Of a stretch of DNA of 64,000 nt, positions 53,281-64,000 are shown piece by piece; positions within the stretch are counted from its first letter, which is position 1; each line of letters opens with the position of its first letter. The notes under the pieces were generated by a model, which had not been told where the DNA came from, did no database searches, and saw only the letters and a program-made list of their open reading frames with translations. The translations under genes and the position numbers were made by a program. The stretch comes from a virus, in IMG/VR virus record IMGVR_UViG_3300022848_000777, positions 96,001-160,000 of that record; one strand, given 5' to 3'.

Positions 53281-53718
53281 ATGGCTAGACGTAAGGAATA
53301 TTTTTATGATCCTATTGATTTAAAGAAAGACACAGCAGTTGGTATTACTTTGCCATTTGGTAAAAAATCTGGACTTTTTAAACTAAGTTATACTACTGAG
53401 GAACAAGCTGTGTCAAATCTTAAAAACTTACTTCTTACCAAAAAAGGTGAGAGACCCTTTCAGCCTGAATTTGGTAGTAGGATTTATGAATTGTTATTTG
53501 AGCAATTAACACCAGATATTGAAAATGACTTAAATGAAAACATTAGAGAGGATATTGAATTTTGGCTACCATATATTATAGTAAGTGAATTACAAGCCAC
53601 AATTATTGAAGATAAAAATTACGTTAAAGTAAAATTAAGATTTCGAGTTACAGAACAGGGAGCTAATCAGCAGATAATTATATTAGTAGATTCATCTGGG
53701 TTTGTAAATATAGAGTAA
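53281..53718 (+). CDS. baseplate wedge protein, gp25/GPW family
   Basis: NLKNLLLTKKGERPFQPEFGS...IEFWLP. Confidence 0.9.
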   Translation: MARRKEYFYDPIDLKKDTAVGITLPFGKKSGLFKLSYTTEEQAVSNLKNLLLTKKGERPFQPEFGSRIYELLFEQLTPDIENDLNENIREDIEFWLPYIIVSELQATIIEDKNYVKVKLRFRVTEQGANQQIIILVDSSGFVNIE

Positions 53719-53730
53719 TGGAGATTATAA

Positions 53731-55662
53731 ATGGTAAATGATAATAAATTAGTAAATAAAGATGTACGGTTAATAGGTAGAGATTTCGGTCAATTTAGAA
53801 AATTGCTAATCGAGTTTTCTAAAAACTATTTTCCAAATACGTATAATGATTTTAATGAATCATCCCCTGGTATGATGTTTATTGAAATGGCATCGTACAT
53901 CGGTGATGTCCTATCATTTTATACAGATACGCAGTTAAGAGAATCGTTAATTACCAATGCGGAAGAACGATCAAATGTATTTAATTTAGCCTCTGCATAT
54001 GGGTATAAACCCAAAAATGTGGTACAATCTACAGTTGAATTAGAAATATATCAATTAGTTCCTGCAATCGGAACTGGGGATGATGTTAAGCCTGATTTTA
54101 GATACGCACTAACAGTTAACCCTAAAATGGCAGTGGGGTCTACTCAATTTAGGAATACTGAATTTAGAACTATAAAATCAGTCGATTTCTCAAAATCATC
54201 CTCATTTGACCCTACTGAGATATCAGTTTATCAAATAGATGATTCGACAAATGAACCAATATATTATTTACTTAAAAAGAAAGTAAATGCTGTCAGTGGT
54301 CGTGAAGTTGAATTACAATACACATTCGATAATCCACGAATATATGATAAGATTCGTATCAATGAAGAGAATATTATAGGTATAAAATCCATCATCGATT
54401 CAGATGGTGATAGTTGGACTGAGGTTCCATACTTAGCACAAGATACTGTATTTGAGCAAGTAACTAATGATGATGAAAATTCTACAAACTTACATCAGTA
54501 TAATGATCAGACTCCATATTTATTGAGGTTAAACCGAGTTCCAAAACGATTTATTACAAGGTTTGATGATTCTGATGAATTAGTCATACAATTTGGAGCG
54601 GGTGTATCAGCAAATGCCGATGAAGAAATTCTACCAAATCCTGACAATGTTGGGTCGGCTCTATATAATGCCACATCAAATATAGACCAAGGCATAGATC
54701 CATCTAACTTCTTATATACAAAAACGTATGGAGCAGCACCATCAAACACCACATTAACAGTGACATATCTAATAGGTAATGGGGTTCAGGACAATGTACC
54801 TCAGAAAGATTTAACTACTATTATAGGTAGAACGTTTGGAAATGATAATACTTCTCAGTTAGATTCTAACCTATTAAGGTTTTCTCAAAAATCATTAGCA
54901 GTATCAAATCCTAAACCAGCACGTGGTGCTAGGAGTGAGGAAACTCTTGATGAGATAAGAAATAATGCTATGGCATATTTCGGAGCACAGAATAGAAGTG
55001 TTACTAAAGAAGATTATGTTATGAGGTGTTATTCACTACCACCCCAATTTGGTTCAATTTCTAAAGCACATCTGATTCAAGATTATAAACTACGTACTGA
55101 TTTAAGTAATAGTTCGATTGGTGATGAAATATTAAACCCATTAGCACTTAATCTATATACATTGGGATTTGATAGTAACAAAAAGTTAACTCAATTAAAT
55201 TTAGCGACTAAAACTAATTTAAAAAATTACATATCACACTATAGATTATTAACTGATGCGGTTAATATTAAAGATGCCTACATAGTTAACATAGCAATTG
55301 ATTTTGAGATAATAGTGTTACCTAATCATAATTCAAATGAAGTTTTATTGAAATGTATTGATAAATTAAAAAAATACTTTAATATTGATAATTGGTCTGT
55401 AGGTCAGCCTATTAATATATCTAAATTATATGTTTTGTTGGATGGTGTTTCTGGTGTACAAACTGTAGTTAGACCTAATAACAACGAACAGGGTGGTTTA
55501 CGTATTACTAATAAGTATAATGGTAATTATTCACCCAATAAATATAGTATATCCAATGCTACTAAGAATGGGATAGTATATCCACCAAAAGATCCATCAA
55601 TATTTGAAATTAAATTCCCAGATACCGACATTAGAGGAAGAGTGGTATCTTTATCATTTTAA
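53731..55662 (+). CDS. baseplate wedge protein, T4 gp6/baseplate J-like
   Basis: DFNESSPGMMFIEMASYIGDVLSFY, AYGYKP, IQFG, AQNRSVTKEDY. Confidence 0.88.
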   Translation: MVNDNKLVNKDVRLIGRDFGQFRKLLIEFSKNYFPNTYNDFNESSPGMMFIEMASYIGDVLSFYTDTQLRESLITNAEERSNVFNLASAYGYKPKNVVQSTVELEIYQLVPAIGTGDDVKPDFRYALTVNPKMAVGSTQFRNTEFRTIKSVDFSKSSSFDPTEISVYQIDDSTNEPIYYLLKKKVNAVSGREVELQYTFDNPRIYDKIRINEENIIGIKSIIDSDGDSWTEVPYLAQDTVFEQVTNDDENSTNLHQYNDQTPYLLRLNRVPKRFITRFDDSDELVIQFGAGVSANADEEILPNPDNVGSALYNATSNIDQGIDPSNFLYTKTYGAAPSNTTLTVTYLIGNGVQDNVPQKDLTTIIGRTFGNDNTSQLDSNLLRFSQKSLAVSNPKPARGARSEETLDEIRNNAMAYFGAQNRSVTKEDYVMRCYSLPPQFGSISKAHLIQDYKLRTDLSNSSIGDEILNPLALNLYTLGFDSNKKLTQLNLATKTNLKNYISHYRLLTDAVNIKDAYIVNIAIDFEIIVLPNHNSNEVLLKCIDKLKKYFNIDNWSVGQPINISKLYVLLDGVSGVQTVVRPNNNEQGGLRITNKYNGNYSPNKYSISNATKNGIVYPPKDPSIFEIKFPDTDIRGRVVSLSF

Positions 55663-55672
55663 AGGTTAAACT

Positions 55673-56776
55673 ATGATTTACAGAACATATGCACAAAAAG
55701 ATTCTACAATCTACGAACAATCAGAACGTATGGATCAAAACACTGGTAATGATGAAATTTTAGAAGTAACTAAGTTCTTCGAATCTGAAATAGATTCAAA
55801 TAACTTCATTGGTAATAGTCGAATTTTGATTAAATTCAACTTAACTGATATGTCATCATCTTTATCTAATAATGAAATATCTGGAAGTTCTATAAAGTAT
55901 TATTTAAATTTAACATCAACTGAGCAAAGTGAAGTTCAATCTGAATATCAATTAGATATATTCCCTTTAGTTGAAAGTTGGGATAATGGTATTGGTCAAT
56001 TCCACTATACACCGCAAGTCACAAATGGTGTGTCTTGGCGATATCGAAATGATTCTACATTATGGGATACTGGAAGTACATTATTAGATACCACATCATC
56101 TTATTACAAATCAAATGGTGGTGGTGTTTGGTACACATCTTCAACGGTAAATACTACATCATCGCAGACATTTAATAGTTATACTAATAATTTAAGAGTT
56201 GATGTTACTGATTATGTAAATGATTGGATTAGTGGTGTTAGGGATAATAATGGATTTATTATTAAACGGCCTAATATATCTGAGACTGGTTCACTTAGAT
56301 TTGGATCATCAAAATTCTTTTCAAATGAAACCCATACAATATATGTACCGACTTTAGAAATAAATTGGGACAATACTATATTCGATACAGGCTCGTTAAA
56401 TGAAGTGAATGATGTTGATCTAATACTATACCCCAAAAACTTAAATAGGTATTATAAAGAGGGATCTAAGGCAAGAATACGAGTAGTTGGGAGAGAACGA
56501 TTTAGAGAAAGAACGTTTGCTACCTCATCATTATACAATACTTTAAAGTATTTACCTGAAAGTACATACTATCAATTACGGGATGTTGAAACAAATCTAG
56601 CAATAATTCCATTCGATGATATTTATACTAAAGTGGGATGTGATTCAGATGGTAATTATTTCGACTTTTGGTTTAATACATTACAATCGGAAAGATTTTA
56701 TCAGTTTGAATTTAAAGTAGTTCGTGGTAGTAAGGAAGAATATTTTGATGGGTACGTTTTTAAAGTAATACGATAG
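55673..56776 (+). CDS. virion structural protein (DNRLRE-like domain)
   Basis: KDSTIYE...NTG.DEILE...SRILIKF...DVTDYV..W...NNGFIIK...PTLEINW. Confidence 0.6.
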   Translation: MIYRTYAQKDSTIYEQSERMDQNTGNDEILEVTKFFESEIDSNNFIGNSRILIKFNLTDMSSSLSNNEISGSSIKYYLNLTSTEQSEVQSEYQLDIFPLVESWDNGIGQFHYTPQVTNGVSWRYRNDSTLWDTGSTLLDTTSSYYKSNGGGVWYTSSTVNTTSSQTFNSYTNNLRVDVTDYVNDWISGVRDNNGFIIKRPNISETGSLRFGSSKFFSNETHTIYVPTLEINWDNTIFDTGSLNEVNDVDLILYPKNLNRYYKEGSKARIRVVGRERFRERTFATSSLYNTLKYLPESTYYQLRDVETNLAIIPFDDIYTKVGCDSDGNYFDFWFNTLQSERFYQFEFKVVRGSKEEYFDGYVFKVIR

Positions 56777-57772
56777 ATGGCAGATACAGTAAGAAGAAAT
56801 TCATTTAACCAAATAATATCATATACTAAATTGGATGGTGATATATCACCATACCCAAAAATGGAATTACCTGCTCAAAAATCAACGTATAGTGTAGATT
56901 CGTTTAATAAATTTATAGATACGGATATTGATGAAATGTTAATTCCAGTTGAGGAATCTAATTTAACAGTAATAAATTTAAATATAATATCCATCTCTAA
57001 CTTAGTTGATACTGATGAAACTTTAGTAAATGATTTCAATTGGAGTGGGGAGATCGTTCAGCTCGGATTTTCTTATGATGTAGGTAGTCCATCTTATTAT
57101 TATATAGAAAATGAAATTTACCATAAATTACCATCAAGTCTCATAATAAACCTTGTCGCTGAAAAGTTAGGTAAACCATTTTTCTTCAAAGTTGGAGAGG
57201 ATTATGAATATAGTGATGATCCTGATAATCAATATCGATATTTAGATTATGGTCAGAATCAATATATCATATATGATGATATTGGTAGATCTCCAAATAG
57301 GATGTACGAACGAAAAAGTTCTGGATATTTAGATAGTTTTCGACGTGGGTTAGATGTCATTCTAACTGATATAATAGTTGGTAATAATAAGGTAATGGAT
57401 CTTGATTTTATTTACGATGATAGTATTATAGTAGATTTTCAAGGTGAATCTGCTGAGTATTTTTATGGTATAGAGTTTGGAAACGATGTCTCTACCCGTG
57501 TTGAGTTTAAAAAGAGAATTGACAATAAGTTAAGGCAAACTATATTGAGACCTGAATCTGATTTAAATTATAAATTTACAAGATTAGTTGAAAATATGAA
57601 CCCTAATATTGAGTTTTCATTACAATTATTATATCAAAATGGTGAAACTACTAACTTACCTTTAGATGAATTTGATAGTTCGGCATCAATTGGTACGGTT
57701 GCGTTAGGTGCTATTAATGGTAATCTAATAACGGATACATTAAAACAAATTAAAATCATAGTGAGTATATAA
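56777..57772 (+). CDS. putative structural protein
   Basis: Position within the structural operon. Confidence 0.5.
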   Translation: MADTVRRNSFNQIISYTKLDGDISPYPKMELPAQKSTYSVDSFNKFIDTDIDEMLIPVEESNLTVINLNIISISNLVDTDETLVNDFNWSGEIVQLGFSYDVGSPSYYYIENEIYHKLPSSLIINLVAEKLGKPFFFKVGEDYEYSDDPDNQYRYLDYGQNQYIIYDDIGRSPNRMYERKSSGYLDSFRRGLDVILTDIIVGNNKVMDLDFIYDDSIIVDFQGESAEYFYGIEFGNDVSTRVEFKKRIDNKLRQTILRPESDLNYKFTRLVENMNPNIEFSLQLLYQNGETTNLPLDEFDSSASIGTVALGAINGNLITDTLKQIKIIVSI

Positions 57773-60700
57773 TGGCAATTAATAGGTTTAGTAATAAAAA
57801 TATACTGATTGATTCTAAACAACCAATAGATCATGCTCAAATTTATGATGATTCTATTTTAAATAAATTAGATATTAGTAATGTATCATTGACTGATTCG
57901 CACTTTCCACCTCAATCAAAAATTGAGTATCACATATATTCTGAAAATAACCATTTGGGTGGTTCTGAATATCCAATAAATACTAATATTAATGATGGTG
58001 CTGAGTTTGATTATACAATTGATATCAACCCAGAAAATGATGTAAGATCGAATGGTGTTGGTAATGGTAATTATACTTTAGTATATAATTTCTTAAATAC
58101 TATGATTTCCGATATGGATATGGATAGTATTTCAGCAGATGGAACTGAGATTCAATTATCAATATCAAATCCAATCGATTCATCTAAGTTAAAATCAATT
58201 TATGATTTTTTAAATAAACCAACTGATTTTAAACATGAATTTGCATTAAATTTTGGCAACAACGAAATAGAACCAATTGTTGGTATTTATTTTGATAACA
58301 ACAAACGTGTTGGTGAGAGTGTAAGGGATATACAATTCCCTAGAACGCGTTTTAATCAAAAGGATACTAGATTTTATCCAACTGATTCTGGTGATTGGGT
58401 AGAGGTTATTTTACCTATTCAAAAATCCGAAAGCGAATCTGAACAATCGTTATCAGAGACAGAACTACCTATTGAATTTATAACAACTGGAAGAACTGCG
58501 AGATTTGAATTAATTGTTAATGAAAATAATAATATAATCTTTCAACAGGAACTAGATGGTAATTTTAATCCTATATTTTATACAGATGATGCAGATGTTG
58601 AGGATAGAGTATCTTCAATTAGTGCAAATTTAAACTTAACAGATGATCTAAAGGGGCAACCTACTTATGCTACAGTTAGATATTTCGATAATTCATTATT
58701 AAATCTAAATGGATTAACTAATATAATAGTTAAATTATACAGAGGAATTTCATCTGGATTAGAAAATGAACAACCATCTATTGATTTAGTACTAAGAGAT
58801 TCTTATATAGACCGTGTTTTGGTTTACCCTACAACAACTGTAGAAAAACAAACAGATTTTTCTGCACCCGATTTCGCAATTGATTCGGGGAATTATGGAA
58901 AATCACAAGGAACTTCATTAAAAAGTTGGAATGATTTATTAGATACTAACCAAATAACATCTAATCAAATAGTTAATAATAACTTTTCTAGCTCATTTGG
59001 TAATACAAAATTAAACATCGATTATACTGATTTTAAAAACTTTGTAAAATACTCATCAGCAGTAGAGCGTGTTCATAACTTTAAATATAAATTACAATTA
59101 ATTGAAAACTACGATCTTAGAATATCAACATTGGAATCTATATCGGGCTCAAATGCGATAACCAATATATCACAATCTATGAATAGGCGTGATATTCTGA
59201 TCGGTGATTTAGATGGTTGGGAAAATTGGATGTATTATGAATCGACTGGATCATTATATACACATTATAGTTCATCTGCATTTACATTTGAACCGTGGCC
59301 TAAAAAATCATCATCACCTACATCATTTCCACTAAAGTTGTATACAACAACATCTTCAATAGCTGAAACTTATTTTAATGGGTTGTTATCCACTGCTAGT
59401 TACTATGATTCTACAAATGATTCAATGTTAACAAAAGTTACACCATCATCTATTGCAGAGGATGATTTAAATCAAGATTACTTACTTTTCTTAAATATGA
59501 TTGGTCAGTATTTTGATGTTGTTTGGAATTATGTTAACTCATTAACTAATATAAATTCAAGAGAAGAACATCCACTTGATGGTATGTCTGATGAATTACT
59601 TTATAATGTTGCATCATCAATGGGGTGGCAGTTAACACACTCAAAGCAGAGAAGTGAACTTTGGAGATATTTCATAGGAACTGATAAATCAGGAAATCCC
59701 ATGCAGAGTGGATCGTTGGCATCTAAATCTGAAAAGCAGATGAATAGTGAGGTGTGGCGACGAATTGTTAATAACATACCACATTTACTTAAAACAAAAG
59801 GTACCCGTAGAAGTGTAAAAGCACTTATGTCAATGTATGGTATACCACAATCATTCTTATCAATTAGAGAATATGGTGGGCCTGTAATTGATGAATCTGA
59901 AACTCAATTATATTGGGAGCATGATAAATTTGTGTATCATCTTAATTTTGATGGTGATAATTATTTAAAGACTGTTTGGGACAAGACTTCAACTTTTAAT
60001 GGATCTGATTATAGTTTTAATGAATATAAAATTCCAGATGCTATTGAATTACAATTTCAACAAAATACAAAAGATACTGTAAGTTTAATAAGTAAGGGAT
60101 CTGATTTCGCAATTATACTTGAAGAAACTGGATCATCAACTAATCGTGGTAATATTCACTTTCATTTAAGTGGTTCATCGGGATATAAATCATCATCTAT
60201 TATAGATGTTCCTTTGTTTGATAGTAAAATGTCAACTATAGTAATACAAAGAAATGTTAGTACATCCTCAATAACCACAGATAATTCATACAGCCTTATA
60301 TACAAACGTGGATTTAGAGATCAATTAACTGTAAGTACTTCATCTAAGTTAATAATAGATGGTTCGACTGAATCATCTTATAATGCGGCTTGGACATCTA
60401 GTGGTGATTTAATTATTGGTAGTGGTAGTTTACCCACCGATGGTACTACACCATCATTATGGGATAATGTCGGTTCACTATCAGGTAAGATTCAAGAATT
60501 AAGAATTTGGGAAAATGCACTTATAGATTCAGTTATTACAGATCATACATTGGCAAGAAATATGTATAATGGTAATACACATACTTCATCATATTTTGAT
60601 TTGAAGATGCGATTTATACCAGATTCTCAATTAAAATCTATAGTGGGTACAACTGGTGTGGTATCACGGCACCCTAATCAGCAAATCTCAACTACTGAAA

Positions 60701-62124
60701 ATGGTAGTATTATATCAGCATCATTATATAACTTTGAATCTGATGATTTATTAGGTGTAACTGAGGAATACTATACAAGAATCCCATCAATAGGTGCAAA
60801 TAATATAATGACTAACAAAGTCAGAATTGATGACAATAATCTTTTAAAACCATTGGATTATGAAACGAGTAGTGAAATATCATTATATGATAAATCACCA
60901 GTAGATACAAACCAAGTTGGGGTTTATCTATCAGCGACGCAGGCATATGAGGAAGATATATATAACCATACTGGTTTTTTCAAAATCGATGATTATATTG
61001 GTAACCCTGATAACCGTGCTGGTTTCTCAGAAACATATAGAGAGTTAGATCATTTAAGACGTCGGGTATTTAAAAAATACAGTACAAAGAATTTGATTAA
61101 TTCAATTATAGATATACTATCACGATATGATCTATCTGTATTTGAGCAGATTAGACAAACTATGCCAGCTAGAGTGGATTATAATTCAGGTATATTAATA
61201 GAACCGCACATATTAGAAAGACCTAAGTTTAAATCAACATCTAATATATCATATACTGATTTAGTACGTAACGTTACATTGAATCCGATTAATAGAGAAA
61301 TTAATACTGAGTTCATTAATTTAGAAACTGAAATCAATGTAAATACAACACTAACATCTGATTATAATTTATTTGAAACTGAAATAGAATCGACTGTTGA
61401 TGTTGTATCTGAAAGAAATGACCTATTAGAATTTGGTGTAATTGAAGTAGTGACTCCATATAATATGGCAACTTATAAATTCACCAACCTAGTTTGGTCT
61501 CCTGGACCTGATATTGGGTATGGGATTAATTGGGTATCAAACTCTAATGGGTATTGGAATTACAAACCAATGGGGGTTGCAATTACATCAAGTCGAGTTT
61601 CGAAATACGCTCTATCGCGGATATTTCATTTTAACACAGATGAATCGGCATCCTTAAATATACCATATTCATCATCATTAGTACCATCTCAGGTATCCAC
61701 TGATTTCCTATCACTGGCTACTGCTAATCATAAATTTAATGGATGTAAAATTACATCCGACTCAATTACTACAAACTCACCAGATACTCCAGATGGTAAG
61801 CCTGTTATTGAGATATTTGAGGCTGATCCAAATGTTCTTATATATACATCACAAAAATCAAATATTGGTAATATTGATGTAGTTGCGGGAAATACTTTAA
61901 CAACATTACGTATCGATGAATTGCACATAAATAAAGAAATACAATTTCAGAATCATCAAAAGTATCAAAACGAACTTAATTCATTTAATACAAACATTTC
62001 TATTTTAGAAAATATAGAATTGGCAAGAATCGCTGAATTTGATTTAATGGCGGATATTCAACTGAATAGAGATGTTGATGATAGTAAAATAAGAATCTCC
62101 GTTGATTATTTTATTAACGACTAA
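57772..62124 (+). CDS. large baseplate protein (gp7-like, LamG-like internal domain)
   Basis: 1450 aa; LLKTKGTRRSVKALMSMYG baseplate motif and LSGKIQELRIW LamG-like motif. Confidence 0.7.
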   Translation: MAINRFSNKNILIDSKQPIDHAQIYDDSILNKLDISNVSLTDSHFPPQSKIEYHIYSENNHLGGSEYPINTNINDGAEFDYTIDINPENDVRSNGVGNGNYTLVYNFLNTMISDMDMDSISADGTEIQLSISNPIDSSKLKSIYDFLNKPTDFKHEFALNFGNNEIEPIVGIYFDNNKRVGESVRDIQFPRTRFNQKDTRFYPTDSGDWVEVILPIQKSESESEQSLSETELPIEFITTGRTARFELIVNENNNIIFQQELDGNFNPIFYTDDADVEDRVSSISANLNLTDDLKGQPTYATVRYFDNSLLNLNGLTNIIVKLYRGISSGLENEQPSIDLVLRDSYIDRVLVYPTTTVEKQTDFSAPDFAIDSGNYGKSQGTSLKSWNDLLDTNQITSNQIVNNNFSSSFGNTKLNIDYTDFKNFVKYSSAVERVHNFKYKLQLIENYDLRISTLESISGSNAITNISQSMNRRDILIGDLDGWENWMYYESTGSLYTHYSSSAFTFEPWPKKSSSPTSFPLKLYTTTSSIAETYFNGLLSTASYYDSTNDSMLTKVTPSSIAEDDLNQDYLLFLNMIGQYFDVVWNYVNSLTNINSREEHPLDGMSDELLYNVASSMGWQLTHSKQRSELWRYFIGTDKSGNPMQSGSLASKSEKQMNSEVWRRIVNNIPHLLKTKGTRRSVKALMSMYGIPQSFLSIREYGGPVIDESETQLYWEHDKFVYHLNFDGDNYLKTVWDKTSTFNGSDYSFNEYKIPDAIELQFQQNTKDTVSLISKGSDFAIILEETGSSTNRGNIHFHLSGSSGYKSSSIIDVPLFDSKMSTIVIQRNVSTSSITTDNSYSLIYKRGFRDQLTVSTSSKLIIDGSTESSYNAAWTSSGDLIIGSGSLPTDGTTPSLWDNVGSLSGKIQELRIWENALIDSVITDHTLARNMYNGNTHTSSYFDLKMRFIPDSQLKSIVGTTGVVSRHPNQQISTTENGSIISASLYNFESDDLLGVTEEYYTRIPSIGANNIMTNKVRIDDNNLLKPLDYETSSEISLYDKSPVDTNQVGVYLSATQAYEEDIYNHTGFFKIDDYIGNPDNRAGFSETYRELDHLRRRVFKKYSTKNLINSIIDILSRYDLSVFEQIRQTMPARVDYNSGILIEPHILERPKFKSTSNISYTDLVRNVTLNPINREINTEFINLETEINVNTTLTSDYNLFETEIESTVDVVSERNDLLEFGVIEVVTPYNMATYKFTNLVWSPGPDIGYGINWVSNSNGYWNYKPMGVAITSSRVSKYALSRIFHFNTDESASLNIPYSSSLVPSQVSTDFLSLATANHKFNGCKITSDSITTNSPDTPDGKPVIEIFEADPNVLIYTSQKSNIGNIDVVAGNTLTTLRIDELHINKEIQFQNHQKYQNELNSFNTNISILENIELARIAEFDLMADIQLNRDVDDSKIRISVDYFIND

Positions 62125-62135
62125 TATTTATTAAT

Positions 62136-63137
62136 ATGAGTAATGAATTACGTAAGAATTTATTTGTAAAATCTAATAACCAAATCACAATCACACCATC
62201 TGATGAGATTAGTGATTCAGATTCTATAATTAAAATAATACAACCGATCCAAACAGAAGTTGGAAATGGTGGTATCGGTAATGTAACTAAAATAATAAAA
62301 AATATTGATCAAATCTCTAATAAAGATTTCATAAATAATTATCTAACAACACCCATTAAAAATGCTAAAGATGTAGTTGAGTTGTTAAATTCTTTAAGTG
62401 AGGGTCAATTAAAACAAATAAAAGTACAAGAGAATCGAATTAGAGATATTGAAAATAAAAGAAAAGTAGATTTTAATAATTCTAAATCGGATGAAGAAGA
62501 ACGTCGTTCTTTATTTAAAAGAGAAATTGAAGTTAAGAAATTAGAAAAGAACCTTTTTATGAAACGAAATTACAAATCAATAGTTGGTGATCGATTTATA
62601 AAAGATGGTGATGAATCTAATGTACAATCTCAAATAGTAGTTGAAATTGATCGTATCATAGATAAAAAGCAATCATTACTGAAAAAAAAAGTAGATAGAT
62701 TGCAGAGAGAAAAACTTAGAAAGGAGTTGGAATCTTCTATAAATTCAAATCCAATTATAAAGAGAATACCTTCTATGTTTTTTGAAAACGATGTACTCAC
62801 AGATCGCCGACAGAAGCTACAAATTAATCCTGAAATTTATGAAATAAGTCAGATCACTCAATTGATAAATGATGTGGAGCAATTTCAAATTCAAAACAAC
62901 AAAAGAATTATATCACATAGAGATGTTTTTGAAAATCAAGAATCTGATTTTGACACAAACCCAATATCATCACCATCTGATATATTAATTACGAAACGAA
63001 ACTCAGATGATGTCAGAGTGGAGCTAGAAAAGTATAAAAAGTTAATTGAATTGAAATTAAGTTTAGATAATACAAATGAAGAACCCAGCCACATTAGTTT
63101 AAATAAACCATCACGTGGGACTGCGTTGGTAAATTAA
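62136..63137 (+). CDS. hypothetical coiled-coil protein
   Basis: Long, highly charged ORF. Confidence 0.5.
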   Translation: MSNELRKNLFVKSNNQITITPSDEISDSDSIIKIIQPIQTEVGNGGIGNVTKIIKNIDQISNKDFINNYLTTPIKNAKDVVELLNSLSEGQLKQIKVQENRIRDIENKRKVDFNNSKSDEEERRSLFKREIEVKKLEKNLFMKRNYKSIVGDRFIKDGDESNVQSQIVVEIDRIIDKKQSLLKKKVDRLQREKLRKELESSINSNPIIKRIPSMFFENDVLTDRRQKLQINPEIYEISQITQLINDVEQFQIQNNKRIISHRDVFENQESDFDTNPISSPSDILITKRNSDDVRVELEKYKKLIELKLSLDNTNEEPSHISLNKPSRGTALVN

Positions 63138-63207
63138 ATCATAATCTAACGTAAAAATTATTATTTTTATATTTATAGTTGTAAAACAATATATTAGGTA
63201 AAAACAT

Positions 63208-63903
63208 ATGGGATATTTGGATAACAGTTCTATTACTGTAGATGCAGTACTTACAAAAAAAGGTAGAGAACTTCTATCAAAAGGTAGAGACTTTTTTGTT
63301 ATAAGTCAATTCGCTCTTGGTGATGATGAAGTCGATTATGAAAATTGGAATCCATCACATCCAAATGGAAGTGATTTCTATGGTATTATTATTGAAAATA
63401 TGCCAATTGTTGAGGCGGTAACTGATGAAAACTTTTCAATGAAGTATAAGTTACTGACATTGCCAAAAAATACAATTCGAATTCCAATAATTGAAGCTAA
63501 CCCAAATTCAATAGAAATAAACGAAGGTGGGGCTCAATCCGTAATTACTTTGAATACAATCAATGGTGGGAATGATACGTTGGGGTATACCGTAACATTA
63601 CTTAACTCAAACGCAGCTTCAATCACTGGTGATGGGCAGGGGATAGCAGAGAATTCTGATCCAGTAGCACCCACAGAGGATAGACGTAGTGTTACTATTA
63701 GTACTAAATCATCATTTACAGTTACTACTAAAATATTATCCGATAACATTGATATATCAACTAAAATTATTGTAACTGGTAATGAAACTGGCGGACGGGA
63801 AGAAATTATATTAACTGTAGCAAACGTTGCTGATATTTCAGTAGGTTCTACGACCGATACTTCATTTGATACAAACGCTTCTCAAGGATTCGTAAGAAAT
63901 TAA
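63208..63903 (+). CDS. virion structural protein
   Basis: MGYLDNSSITVDAVLTKKGRELL...FALGDDEVDY; preceded by TATTTATA. Confidence 0.65.
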   Translation: MGYLDNSSITVDAVLTKKGRELLSKGRDFFVISQFALGDDEVDYENWNPSHPNGSDFYGIIIENMPIVEAVTDENFSMKYKLLTLPKNTIRIPIIEANPNSIEINEGGAQSVITLNTINGGNDTLGYTVTLLNSNAASITGDGQGIAENSDPVAPTEDRRSVTISTKSSFTVTTKILSDNIDISTKIIVTGNETGGREEIILTVANVADISVGSTTDTSFDTNASQGFVRN

Positions 63904-63929
63904 ATAAAAATATTTAAAGGAAAGTAGAT

Positions 63930-64000
63930 ATGGCAATATTACCAGCAGGCTCATTTAACACATCAAAACGAACATTCACCGCATTCAAAGTTGGTGATGT
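63930..64000 (+). CDS. start of next structural gene (partial)
   Basis: MAILPAGSFNTSKRTFTAFKVGD... runs off the end of the window. Confidence 0.55.
   Translation, partial: MAILPAGSFNTSKRTFTAFKVGD

Noticed and set aside
2177-63749. Most minus-strand ORFs in the track
   Set aside because: They are shadows of longer or motif-bearing plus-strand genes; only 46300-46824 occupies its own space.
1-64000. Stop-codon reassignment (alternative genetic code)
   Set aside because: Long conserved genes are intact under code 11, both TAG and TGA terminate genes with normal packing, and no suppressor tRNA was found.

Overview
AT-rich, almost entirely plus-strand segment of a large myovirus-like (probably jumbo) phage infecting a Bacteroidota host. 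Host evidence: TTTG/TTAG-N19-21-TAnnTTTG promoters, A-rich leaders without Shine-Dalgarno, and a DUF4494-like gene. Layout, left to right: (1) thyA 3' end and a block of small early genes, including putative counter-defence enzymes and an 8-member paralog family with conserved ends (1-12.2 kb). (2) A 1.4-kb non-coding region with tandemly repeated promoter units (12.2-13.7 kb). (3) Promoter-dense early genes and a MoxR/CobS-like AAA+ ATPase (13.7-17.2 kb). (4) An integron-like gene-cassette array with no integrase in the window (about 17.5-25.3 kb): ORFs bracketed by self-complementary GTT...AAC ends and separated by attC-like hairpins, some cassettes fused in frame into chimeric proteins. (5) Exonuclease, an esterase plus glycoside hydrolase pair, and further small genes (25.3-34.6 kb). 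(6) A 9.5-kb RNA island: about 28 tRNAs, 2 aberrant tRNA-like RNAs, tmRNA, many stem-closed small RNAs and a GOLLD-like giant RNA with an embedded tRNA (34.7-44.2 kb). (7) GroES, HD hydrolase, gp55-like late sigma factor and baseplate/structural genes (47.7-64 kb). The strongest candidate for an undescribed system is the cassette array. All calls come from reading the sequence by eye; no database searches or folding programs were run.
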